From Zygnema circumcarinatum SAG 698-1b (taxonomy: Eukaryota > Plantae > Zygnematophyceae), in contig CM074815.1 in assembly GCA_037447605.1 (NCBI GenBank), forward strand, positions 992,001-1,056,000: a stretch of 64,000 bases of DNA, written 5' to 3'. Positions 11,340 to 24,498 of the stretch are shown piece after piece; the stretch's first letter is position 1, and every line of letters begins with the position of its first letter. The position numbers and the translations under genes were made by a program. Under the pieces are notes generated by a model. The model was not told the origin of the DNA, searched no databases, and saw only the letters and a program-made list of their open reading frames with translations.

Positions 11340-13148
11340 GGTCTTGAGGGAATTCTTTATAGTCGATCTGGCGTGGATCATTAGCATTCATGTAGTGTGG
11401 TCGGACATGTCGGTTGCCTCTCTCTTGATCCTTCTGAATTCGCTCTGCTCTTTCTAACACAGCCTAGGCATCTGCTGGTGGGTTGTCGCGCAGTTCACGA
11501 TCCAGGTGAAGATCTTTCACCGTTGATGGCCTTTAGGAACCCTTTAGAATTTTCGGGGGAAAGTGAGGGTAGGATTTCACCGATGCGTGTTGCCATCGCG
11601 TGCAAAGCTTTCGGTGAATTCAAACGACCCGGCTCATCCTTTGTAGCACTCTATGTAAGCGAAGTCGGTCTAACCGCGGTGATTGGAGTCACGAAATCGG
11701 TGTTGTCACAAAAACTTGGCAGATGTGGCCCTGGTCGAGGTGCCAGCGACAACCGCCCATGCCGGTTGGAACTGATTTCAATTATGTTGCCTCTCCTTCC
11801 AGCGCCCCAAGGGCCAGCTTGATCCACTGGTCATCCTTCAGGTCTGCTTGCGCTGCCTTTTCCTCCAGATGTCTCAGCCAAGCTTCTGCATCTTCCTGCT
11901 TTCTAGTGAATCCTCTAGTGATGATACCCGTGGTATCGCTCACCTCACTCTTTTCAAGGATGATGGCTATCAGTTTTGTCATCATCTCTTCCATCTTCTT
12001 TGGGGACCTCCGGATAAAACGTGTGTGCTTCTCTGCGAGGTTGGTCGCGGGCCCCAGAGGTTTGCTTCGCGATCGGCTGCTCTCTTGCCCAGCAGAGCTG
12101 ACTCGCACGGGGGTTTTGCGCGGTGGAGTAAGTTGAGCGAGGGGTGAGGTGTCTTGAGGAATCCCAATTACCAGCGTAGGGTGTCTTTCTTTGTTGTCTT
12201 TGGAAGGGGCCCAGTGCGATGGCTAGTCGGCGAGGTCCGCGTGGGTTTTGTCGTGGTGGGGCTGCGGGGAGGGGATCTCGGAGTTCGAAAGGAACTCCTC
12301 TCTTCACGGCATCTAGCGGCCGTAGCGACAAGCCCAGGCGGTGACAACACGATTCTTACGGCTCGCCAGCAAAATCTATAATATCCAACTGCCTTTAGAT
12401 AATTGACTGCAGTTCTTCAATTGACTCAATCTGTTCAAGGTAGGCCAAACTGGGGTAAGGGTTATCTTCTGTGATGCCCATCTTCAGTCTTTCTCTGACT
12501 GCTTCTTCCTCTGAGTCTGAATCCGTCCTTGGATTTCCTATCGTATGCTCTTCTTGATGTCCTAAGTCTTCATCTGAAAATTCATGAAGATCTGCTTGTC
12601 CCTCTTGTTGCAGCTCTTCATCCATGGCTGCTGTGACACGGGTCACAGAATCGGCAGCCTCACGTATCAAGGTACGTGGATCTGCAAAACCTTGAGCTCT
12701 GATACCAAGATAAGTGGGGTTAAGAGGAGACTGCTGATCTAGCTGAAGGTGCTGTACGGCAACTAGTGCATCTGTCCTGAAACTAATGAAGGGTTGGATT
12801 GGGGCTGTGGGTCTGCCTGCAGTATAGAGCCAGGAACCAGGGGATTCAGAGGTACGCGCAACGGAAGACGTAGGGATCCTGAAGATGTTCCCGCCGGCGG
12901 CCGGACTCGACACGCAAAGAGCCCTTCCCTTGGGGTTCTCTTCTTCTGTTCTCTCTTCACCTATTCTCTTTGCTAGGCTCCTAGTTATCATCGGTCATTG
13001 AGAGGAATGGAAGGCAGGACAAAGCAAGTTTGGAGCTTGGCATAGAGACAGCAAAGGGAAGATAGGAATCAGCTTAGAAAAAGGGTGTGTCTTGGAAACT
13101 TACCCCAGCCAGCGGTTGGCTGGGGATTCTCATTACAATATAAGTGTC
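11340..13148 (-). mobile_element. Second Ty3/gypsy-like family: LTR, iMet PBS and degraded gag
   Basis: PBS reverse complement GCTCTGATACCA at 12696-12707; Retrotrans_gag-like QEDAEAWLRHLEEKAAQADLKDDQWIKLALGALEGEA in ORF 12108-11782; frameshifted. Confidence 0.7.
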
Positions 13149-13862
13149 TNNNNNNNNNNACGCGCACGTGTTGCGCCCTTACACTTTGTAGACGCGCGCG
13201 CTTCGTACATTCAAGTCACCATCCGTACACCCGACGAAAAAAGGTCTGTATCTATTCTACAAAAGTTTGAAACAGCATTTTTCGCTAAAAAATCCTTTGT
13301 AAAAGCTGCCCGGAGAAAAAGTGACTGCTTTCAAAAAAGAAGTGACTGTAAATAGTACTTTCCTTTCGTTTTACCGAAGAAAATTTCCGACAGGGACGTA
13401 CGGTCATTGACTTTTGCTAACGTCTGGAGCAAAACTGACTGATAAAATCGTCATCACTGTCGTCCATGACGTCATATTCCGGCTACGAACATCCCTGGAG
13501 CGCCCGTTCCATGCATCCTCTGCAGTTTCGTTGACTCTTTGGGGCGCTGACAGGTGACAGGCTGTTAGCACGCAAGACCGCCGAGACTTCATTGTCCGAA
13601 AACCGACAGCGCTCCGATTGGCTCGTGGGATTCATCGCACTTGTAACCTCGCTCCGCGATTGGTCGAGGATCAAGGGTTCCGTACGAGTACCAGAGCTGT
13701 CCGGCGCGCGTTGAAAGCCGACGGGGCCGCCCTTGGTCCCGCGACGATGTTCCGCCGCCTCTCCCTCCCCACTCCCCCCTCCCTCCCCTCTCCCCTCTTC
13801 CCCTCCCCTCTCCCCTCTTCCGCTCCCCTCTCCCCTCTCCACTCTCTTATCCCTCCCCCACC

Positions 13863-16360
<2,498 letters not shown>

Positions 16361-16457
16361 GTAAGCCCTCCAAGCATTTCTATCCCCATTTTTTTAAACA
16401 TAGGATCTTTTCTGGAATTATGAAGGAAAAAAAGGGAAATGGAAAGGGCCTTGTTCT

Positions 16458-17373
16458 TGTTGAAGCAGGGGTCTGCTCCCCACTTCCGGCGCCACCTCGG
16501 GTGTCGCCCTCCATTGGAACTTGAGTTCCCACGGATGAAGACATTCAAACACTCAAAGCTCTATCTTACTTCACTCATCGCCCATAACAACAGAATGAAG
16601 CTACAAGACAAGCACAGCGGAAATCACAATGAGAGAGTGTTAGGAGAAAGCTCACGGCTCCAAAACTCCTTATAATAAAACCGTCTTCCCACAATGAAGT
16701 TCTCCCACCACTTCAAGGTCCCTCTTACTCACTACCTCACGACACAAGTGTAGGCAGCCTAGCAGCACGAGCAGGCTCTGAATAAGACCCGAGACTATGA
16801 CAGAGTAGTGTGGGTGGGGTACTTCCCATAGTAAAACTACACACTATATAATATGGCGTCCGTGACGTGACACACATGTCACGTCGCGTCTGCCATTGCA
16901 AACCCATGCACTAAGTCTGAGTGGGCGCACTCAAAAATAGCGACTAGTTAGCTGCCTTGTAAACCTACGGCGGCGCCGACCTAGTTCTTGTCGGATCGTA
17001 CATCCGTCCGTACTGTTTCGCCGTTTCGCCAGCGCTCCNNNNNNNNNNCGCGCCGCAACTTTGCGCTCCGCGTTTTGCGCCCGCGCCGCGACCAATCAGA
17101 GTCGCGCGCATCCGTACTTCGCGAATCCGCGGCCGCGCCTCGACCAATCAAAGTTGCGCGTCCGTACTCCACTTACTTGTGTCAGCGCCGTGACCAATCA
17201 GCGCCGTTCGTTCGTACTCCGCGCACTCGCGGCGCACTCACCAAAGTCAGAGCACCGACGTTTACAAAACCTAAGAACACTACGCCTAGCAGACCTCATG
17301 TTCTAGAAACTGAGTACCACAACAAGTTAGTGTGTGCCATACAATGTCTAACTATCATACACTAACACTAACA
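16458..17373 (-). repeat. Copia family-B LTR (solo, probably recombinant or chimeric; gap inside)
   Basis: Reads TGTTAGTGTTAG...TTCAACA on the minus strand; homologous to 33285-34227, 38337-39390 and 45019-46032; flanks GTTCT and GGGTG do not match each other. Confidence 0.9.
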
Positions 17374-17631
17374 GGGTGGCCACGTAAGCTGTACGACAGG
17401 TTCAGCGAGGGACCGAATCGCAGGGGCCAAATCGGAGTTCGCCGCGATATTTGCCGCGCCGACGAGTGGAGGTACGGACGGGCGCGGCAAAAGTCGGCGC
17501 GCCTCCTTTTTGGCCAGAGCGGGACAGTTGTCCTTTCCGTGAGTCTGTTCCTTACAATACCGACAAAAAAGGCTGCCAGGAGTCTTGGACGGAGGAGGAC
17601 CAGATTCTAAGAGCGCGGACGCGTGGGCGGA
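17374..17631 (-). mobile_element. Copia A gag fragment (zinc knuckle), part of the element starting at 37370
   Basis: HASALLESGPPPSKTPGSLFCRYCKEQTHGKDNC matches the copia A gag at 1820-1900; contiguous with 36422 once the gypsy insertion is removed. Confidence 0.85.
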
Positions 17632-18136
17632 TGTCACGACTGAAATCTCGCCCCTTCAGCGGTGTGCGGAATTGCACTAAGTTCTGCACTCAGAGTTCAG
17701 CAAGAGAGAGAGAGAGAGCTTCAAAGAGAGGCGCAGCCCTCGGTAGGGGTGCAACCGTATGCCGGTACGTTGGATGGGTGACGACAGTCCCCCACGCCCC
17801 TTTACGCTTCCCCCGTTGAACCTCCTACCAGCATGGAGGATTGGAAGCAGGGCTGTCCAATGGCAGACTGCCACGTGTCCCTCTCTAACCCGAATGGGTC
17901 AGAGGTGTACAACGTACGAACGCTCGCCGCATTCCGCGGCGCATGCCGCGACGCGGCGCGCCGCCGTACGTCGGTGCACGGTCGGATCCTACGCGCGCGG
18001 CGCGGGGCCCGACTGACAGTCCGTCCGTACCAACGGTAACCCGCGATTGTACGGACGACGGTTACGTTCCAAAACGTTACAAACCCTTACGACTTCCGCA
18101 AGGTTCAATCCTAAGACCTACCAAGNNNNNNNNNNA

Positions 18137-19243
18137 GCTCGACAATTGGTTAAGTTGCCCTCGGCTTCCCATGTGCTATGTTCAACCCCATAGCCCAACC
18201 ATTTCACGAGGTATTCGTGACGGGAAGATCGACCCTTTCTCACAATACGGTGGGCTTGAATGGTTTCAACTTCATAGTCAAGTTCACCTTCAAGTTCCAC
18301 TGGTGGGGGAGGTGGCTGGATCCTCCCATCGCTACGGTAGGCTTTTAGCAATCCCACATGAAAGACCGGATGCACCTTCATATGAGCTGGTAAATCCAAC
18401 CGGTAAGCGACATCATTGATTCGCTTCACGACCTTAAAAGGTCCGATGAAACGGGGCCACAGCTTACGTGTTCCGCCATAAGCCTTGAGTCTCAAGTTCG
18501 CCGTACTTAACAACACCTCATCGCCCTCCTTGAAGGTGAGTTGAGTACGGTGACGGTCAGCATAGGCCTTTTGTCGCGACTGGGCCGCTAGCAGGGTCTG
18601 CCGTGCCCTCTGCAGCGCCTCAGACATTAGCCGGACAAAAGACCTGACTGCGGGAGGTTGAGTCCGATGAGTTCCTCTCAGCTTCCAAGGATCGGGGGTT
18701 CTGTGGACACCCATGTTCCACGGATCAGGGGGCTGATCCCTTGGTTGCAGGGGATTTAGGGGATGCTGACCAAAGTTCAGGAAGAAAGGGGTGGTACCAA
18801 TGGATTCCTGGTAAGCATTATTGATGGCGTATTCAGCCACTGGGAGCAGTTCATCCCACCCATCCGGGGTGGGTCCCACATAATGCCGGAGGTAATCCTC
18901 CAAGATGCTGTTCACCCGTTCTGTCTGGCCATCGGTTTGTGGGTGGAAAGCTGTACTCAATGCCTGCTTGGTCCCCACGATTTTGAGCACTTCCGTCCAA
19001 AAATGGCAGGTGAATCGTGGGTCATGGTCAGACACAATTTCCGACTGAAGACCATGCTGGCTCCACACTGTCAACATACAACCGTGCAATCTCGTCGGCC
19101 CCAGCTGTCTTAGTAGTTGGCGCAAAATGCACCATCTTGTTGAGCCGATCGACGAAGACGAGGATGGAGTCATGCCCTCGAGGTGTCACAGGAAGATCTG
19201 TGATCAAATCCATTCCCACACTGTCCCATTTCCGAAAAGGAGG
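18137..19243 (-). CDS. Integrase C-terminal part plus chromodomain of the outer chromovirus
   Basis: IVSDHDPRF, STAFHPQTDGQTERVN, GPF/Y motif (WPRFIGPFKV), chromodomain YEVETIQAHR..EYLVKWLGYGVEHSTWE. Confidence 0.92.
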
Positions 19244-19889
19244 TGTAGCGAAACGCTACAGTTACCCACGGGAGGTGAACTTAGGGCGTACTCCGTCCCA
19301 ATACTCTCACCCCGGGCGCGGGCCGAGTGGTCAAGGCGCCGGGGACCACCTAGGACCAGATAGGTCTTAGGATCGAACCTTGCGAAAGTCGCAAGGGTTT
19401 TGTAACCTTTTGGAACGTAACCGTCGTCCGTACAATTACGACCACTTGCCGGGCCGGAGGGGACCCGGGGCCCTCGGGGCCGCCACCTCCAGCACCCGTC
19501 CCCCGGGACGAGGTGATGGAGGAGAACTCAGAGACTGCGGCCGTCCCCATGGAGGGGCCCAGTCCCGAGCCCACGGATGACCAGGGTCATCCGGTGAATG
19601 CTGCCCCTCCTCCCGTACCACCGGAGCCATCGGCTCCAGCAGAATCCTCCGATCCCATGATCGGGGCCCACATCACGGTGGGCGCGTCCTTGAAGATGAG
19701 GAAGAGGATTGACGATCTGGGAAAGGACGTAGCGCAGCAGCGCGTCTCCACCATGGCGTGCTCGCGGAAGGTGGAGACATGGAGCTCACGGTCCACCGCC
19801 TGGTGGACACGCTCCAAATGGAATTCAGGGGCCTTTCAGATAGGCTCTGGAGGATCGAGGAAGGTATGCCCCACACCCCCCCTCAGGCT

Positions 19890-20448
19890 GTAGAGGGTTT
19901 TTAGGGTTTTTAGGTTATAGGTTAAGTTCATGGAGGCGAGTAGTGCTTGGCTTCTGCAGTTGGGGTGTAGGCTATCTATGAGAGGATAGGATAGTGCTCA
20001 TGTGAGGAGGAGAATCTAGCATAAGGGATCTATGTAGATTTCCTCAAGAGCTTGTATTACACTCATGGAGTTTAAGGAGTTTTAGGGCCGTGGGCTTTCT
20101 CCTTACTATTGTATCATCTGTCATGTGAGTCCTCGTGTTGGATTAGCGTGGTGGATGAGTGGAGGCGACCATTGTATGGGCGGTGTGTTGCTCCACACGA
20201 GGAGACCATTGGAGGAGCGTGGAGTTGAGGAGCCGAGACCATGGAGGAGATGAAGAAGTGCACTTGTTGAGGTGGGGTGTTTAGTTTCCGCTGTGCGCAC
20301 CTGGCAAGAGGTGGACGAGAAGGCATATCGTGGCGGAAGCGGTATGTGGCCCAAGGAGAAGAAAAAGGAAAGTTTTGAGCTCTGATACCCAACGCATGTG
20401 TTGCCCTTTCCTTGTGTCTTTCCTTTCTTGCTGCCCCTTGCACCAACA
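19890..20448 (+). repeat. 3' part of family-D LTR interrupting gypsy gag
   Basis: Near-identical to ~47020-47542, ends CACCAACA; gag resumes at 20449 (NWDKFRDEL). Confidence 0.88.
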
Positions 20449-21034
20449 ATTGGGATAAGTTCAGAGATGAACTTATCAAACATTTTGGGTCCCTGGACCC
20501 GGGTTTGGAAGCCAGGGATAAGTTTCAGAACATGGTCCAAATCGGCAGTGTCAAGCAGTTTCTGCGAGACCTGCGTCAAGTGGTGCCTCAAATCACCACA
20601 CACAAGCCTGGACAGGCTGAGTTTTTCTACCACTTCAGGAACGGCTTGAAGCCACACCTGAGGAAGCTGCTAGGGACTAACCCACGGACTCTGAAACCGT
20701 GGGACCCCGCTGACTCTGAGCTGTACTTTGATGCAGCCATTCAGTTGGACACCGCCCCTGCAGCCGATGCAGGACCTTCCCGACCCCAGCAGAGGGCGGG
20801 TGATGTGCAAGGGTCGATGAAGGCGGGACCCTTAGCTCTTGCCAAGCTGGCAGGAAAGACTAAGCGGAAGCAGCCGGAAACGACTGCTCGCCCAGCCACT
20901 GCGAGACCGCACAAGTTGACTCCAGAGGAGATGGAGAAGATGCAGCGGGAGAACAAATGTTTCCGTTGCAGAAAGGAGTGCCACAAGGCCGGTGATTGTC
21001 CTTTGAACACCAAGGACAGGAAGGGCAAGGGGCC

Positions 21035-21078
21035 GGAAAACCCCAACCCACCAGCAGCTTAGGAGTCGTTGCTGGTGG
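21035..21078 (+). promoter_or_regulatory. Predicted -1 ribosomal frameshift signal (gag to pol)
   Basis: Slippery G_GAA_AAC 21035-41 in the gag frame, 6-nt spacer, 11-bp stem CCACCAGCAGC/GTTGCTGGTGG (21048-58, 21068-78); the pol ORF is -1 relative to gag; conserved in the minus-strand copies near 9800-9845 and 34298-34345. Confidence 0.8.
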
Positions 21079-21604
21079 GGAGGATAGGCTAGGGGATAAG
21101 GGAGAAATGGCTGCCATCAGGGTTAGGAAATGGTTGTTCCTTAAAACTCTGAACATTGTGAAATTGATGGGCAGACCTTTTGGAGTGCATGACCTGTTTG
21201 TGTGTAATGCGCTTCCGGATTCCATTTCTCTCTCCCCTGCCACGGTAGTGACTCCTTCTGGATTCATGGGTGTAGTGATGCATGGTCAATGGCATGTCAT
21301 TATCCTCACTGTAATGGGCGATGATGTCTTGGTGGAATGTTCCATGGATGCTTTGCATGTCATGAGGGACACATCCCACATCCTTGGGCTACATGTGCTA
21401 GTTCCTCAGCACATGGCAGTTCGCACCTTTCCCAACGCTACTTGGCGGTTGGTGAAACAGTTGAGGAAAGGGCATCAGGTGGTGCAACTGATGGAAGGAT
21501 CCACCAGTTCGCTGGTTGGATCACCCTACACCTTGGTGTGGAGGTCGGCTTGTCCTCAACCCTCGCATATAGTGCGATCTATGTTCCATCTTGCCCATCG
21601 GGCC
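21079..21604 (+). CDS. Uncharacterised ~170-aa domain at the Pol N-terminus, upstream of the protease
   Basis: Open in the pol frame in three diverged copies (here, 9790-9409, 28935-28490) with many third-position synonymous differences. Confidence 0.8.
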
Positions 21605-24498
21605 ATGACCTTCACCGGGTCAGCCAATGGCCACCCAGCAGTTATACTGCTAGATACTGGGGCGGATGCTAATTTTGTTAGTTCTGCATTCACCCAGAGA
21701 TTTGGGTTGACCACAGGTCCCCATTCAGAAAGTGTTACTTTCGGGGATGGACGCAAGGGCCAGATCTCTGGCATCGTCACACTCAAGATCAAGCTCCAAT
21801 CCTACTCCGGAGCAGTGAAGTGTCTTTTGACACAGCTGGCCCCTGGAACTGATGTTATTTTGGGGAGTGCTTGGATAACCATGGTCAAGGCCCAACTAGA
21901 TTTCTCCATCCCACATTGCATTCTGCACAGTGGTGACAGGCGCATAACCTTGCACCCTGGCAGATCCACATCCACTGTTACCAAACAGTTGGATGACCCT
22001 TATCTCTGTTCGGCCATGCAACTGACCAAAGCAATAAAGGAGGGTTGCACCTTGTTTATGGTGCATGTCATGACAGCCACTGAGGATGTGCATGACGAAG
22101 ATCAAGAATGGCAGATCACACCTACGGATGTGATCTCGGCTGTTCCATCCCAAATCCAACCTCTGTTGGATGAGTTCAGGGATGTCTTCCCTGATGACCT
22201 TCCAAGAGGGTTGCCACCTTCTCGAGGAGTGGGGCATACAATCCCTCTTGAGCCTGAGCAAAAGCCGCCTTGGCGGCCGATCTATCGGTAAAGTCCGAAA
22301 GAAATCGAAGAGATGCGTAAGCAGTTGACTAACTTACGGGACAAGAGAAGATAGAGCCCAGCCAAAGCCCTTTTGGGGCGCCCATCTTGTTTGTAGGCGA
22401 GAAAGATGGCTCGTTGAGGATGTGCATTGATTATCGCGCACTCAACAAAATCACCGTAAAGAATCGATTTGCTTTACCACGTATTGATGATCTTTTGGAT
22501 CGTCTTCACGGCGCCAAAGTGTTTACATCACTTGATCTTGCTCAGGGGTACCATCAAATCCGCGTCACGGAAGCTGATGTGCCAAAGACTGCGTTCCAGA
22601 CGCCGATTGGTCATTTCCAATATAAGGTGTTGCCCTTTGGATTGACTAATGCTCCGGCGACTTTCCAGGCGATAATGAACGAGATGTTCATCTGCATGGA
22701 CGAGTTTGTTTTGGTTTACCTCGATGATATCCTTGTCTTCAGTAAGACAGAGGAGGAACATCTTGAACACGTTCGGAAGGTGTTTGAAACCCTGAGGAAA
22801 CACCAGTTTTATGCCAAGAGGAAGAAGTGTCACTTCATGCAGCGCGAGTTGCTTTATCTTGGGCATATTCTCAATGATCAGGGCCTTCGGCCTGACCCTG
22901 CCAAAGTTTCAGCGGTAGAAACTTGGGCAGAACCAACTGACTTGCATCAGTTGCGATCGTTCTTGGGATTTGCGAATTATTTTCGTAAGTTCATCCAAGG
23001 GTTCAGTAAATTGGTTACTCCCTTGACTAACTTGACACGTTCCGGTGTCCCCTTTGTGTGGACCCCAGAGTGCTAGGAAGCATTCGAGGGTGTATGCCAT
23101 GCACTGGTTACCGCCCTTACACTCCGTTTAGCGGACCCGTCCAAACCATATGAAGTGGTTTGTGATGCTTCGGGATTCGCCTTGGGTGCCGTCTTGTTTC
23201 AAGATGGCCAACCTTTGGCGTATGAAAGTCGCAAAATGAATCCCGCTGAGCGCAACNNNNNNNNNNCTCCGGCATTATGTGGGACCCACACCGGATGGGT
23301 GGGATGAACTGCTCCCAGTGGCTGAGTATGCCATCAATAATGCTTTCCAGGAGTCCATTGGTACCACCCCTTTCTTCTTGAACTTTGGCCAGCATCCTCT
23401 AAATCCCCTGCAACCAAGGGATCAGCCCCCTGATCCGTGGAACATGGGCGTCCACAGAACCCCCGATCCTTGGAAGCTGAGAGGGACTGATGGGACTCAA
23501 CCTCCCGCAGTCAGATCTTTTGTCCGGCTAATGTCCGAGGCGCTGCAGAGGGCACGGCAGACCCTGCTAGCGGCCCAGTCACGACAAAAGGCCTATGTTG
23601 ACCGTCACCGTACCCAACTCACCTTCAACGGCGGCAGTATTTACATTGTATAGCGGCGGGGCTGCAGCTTATGGCCGGAACACGTAATTTGTAGCCCGCT
23701 TCATGGGGCCCTTCAAGGTAAGGCGGCATAAATGGTCAACACGGTTGGATTTGCAGACCATATGAAGGTGCATCCGGTCTTTCATGTGGGATTGCTAAAG
23801 GCCTACCGCAGCGATGGGAGGATCCAGCCACCTCCCCCACCAGTGGAACTTGAAGGTGAACTTGAGTATGAAGTTGAAACCATTCAAGCCCACCGTATTG
23901 TGAGAAAGGGTCGATCTTCCCGTCACGAATACCTCGTGAAATGGTTGGGCTATGGGGTTGAACATAGCACGTGGGAAGCCGAGGGCAACTTGACCAATTG
24001 CCAAGAGCTCATNNNNNNNNNNGTTCGTACAATTACGGGTGACCGTTGGTACGGACGGACTGACAGTCGGACCCCGCGCCGCGCGCGTAGGATCCGGCCG
24101 TGCACCGACGTACGGCGGCGCGCCGCGTCGCGGCGCGCGCCCGCGGAACGCGGCGAGCGTTCGTACGTTGCACTCCTCTGACCCATTCGGGTCAGACACG
24201 GACACGTGGCGGGTTGCCACTTGACAGCCCTGCTTCCAATCCTCCATGCTGGTAGGAGGTTCAACGGGGGAAGCATATAGGGGCGAGGTTGGCTGTCGCC
24301 AACAAAACCAACGTACCGGCATTTGGTTGCACCCCTGCCCAGGGCTGCGCCTCTCTCTGAAGCACTCTCTTTTTCTCCTGTTTTCTTGATTGCTCGGCTG
24401 AGTGCAGACTGAGCGTATTCCGCGCATGACCGAGGAGGGATTAGCCCCGCGGTCGTTACAGGAGGTGTGAGGGGTTGCAGCTGGCCAGGAATCTTGCC

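Larger units (their letters stand above)
19244..24460 (+). mobile_element. Chromovirus family G element inserted antisense into the integrase of the outer copy
   Basis: Starts TGTAGCG, ends GTTACA; exact 5-bp TSD GGAGG (19239-43 and 24461-65); gag, pre-protease domain, PR, RT (YLDDILVFS), RH, integrase, chromodomain 23850-24010; gaps and frameshifts inside. Confidence 0.93.

Noticed and set aside
13150-13860. GC-rich segment with ATTGG boxes upstream of the carboxylesterase
   Set aside because: Plausibly its promoter, but the individual motifs are too short to call without data.
16488-16500. TGGCGCC PBS-like core in LTR B U5
   Set aside because: Only 7 nt, inside the LTR, with no extended tRNA complementarity evident.
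19244-24460. C5 cytosine methyltransferase or env-like extra ORF in the chromovirus
   Set aside because: No PC or ENV motifs and no hydrophobic post-integrase ORF were seen; the region after the chromodomain is gapped, so it cannot be fully excluded.
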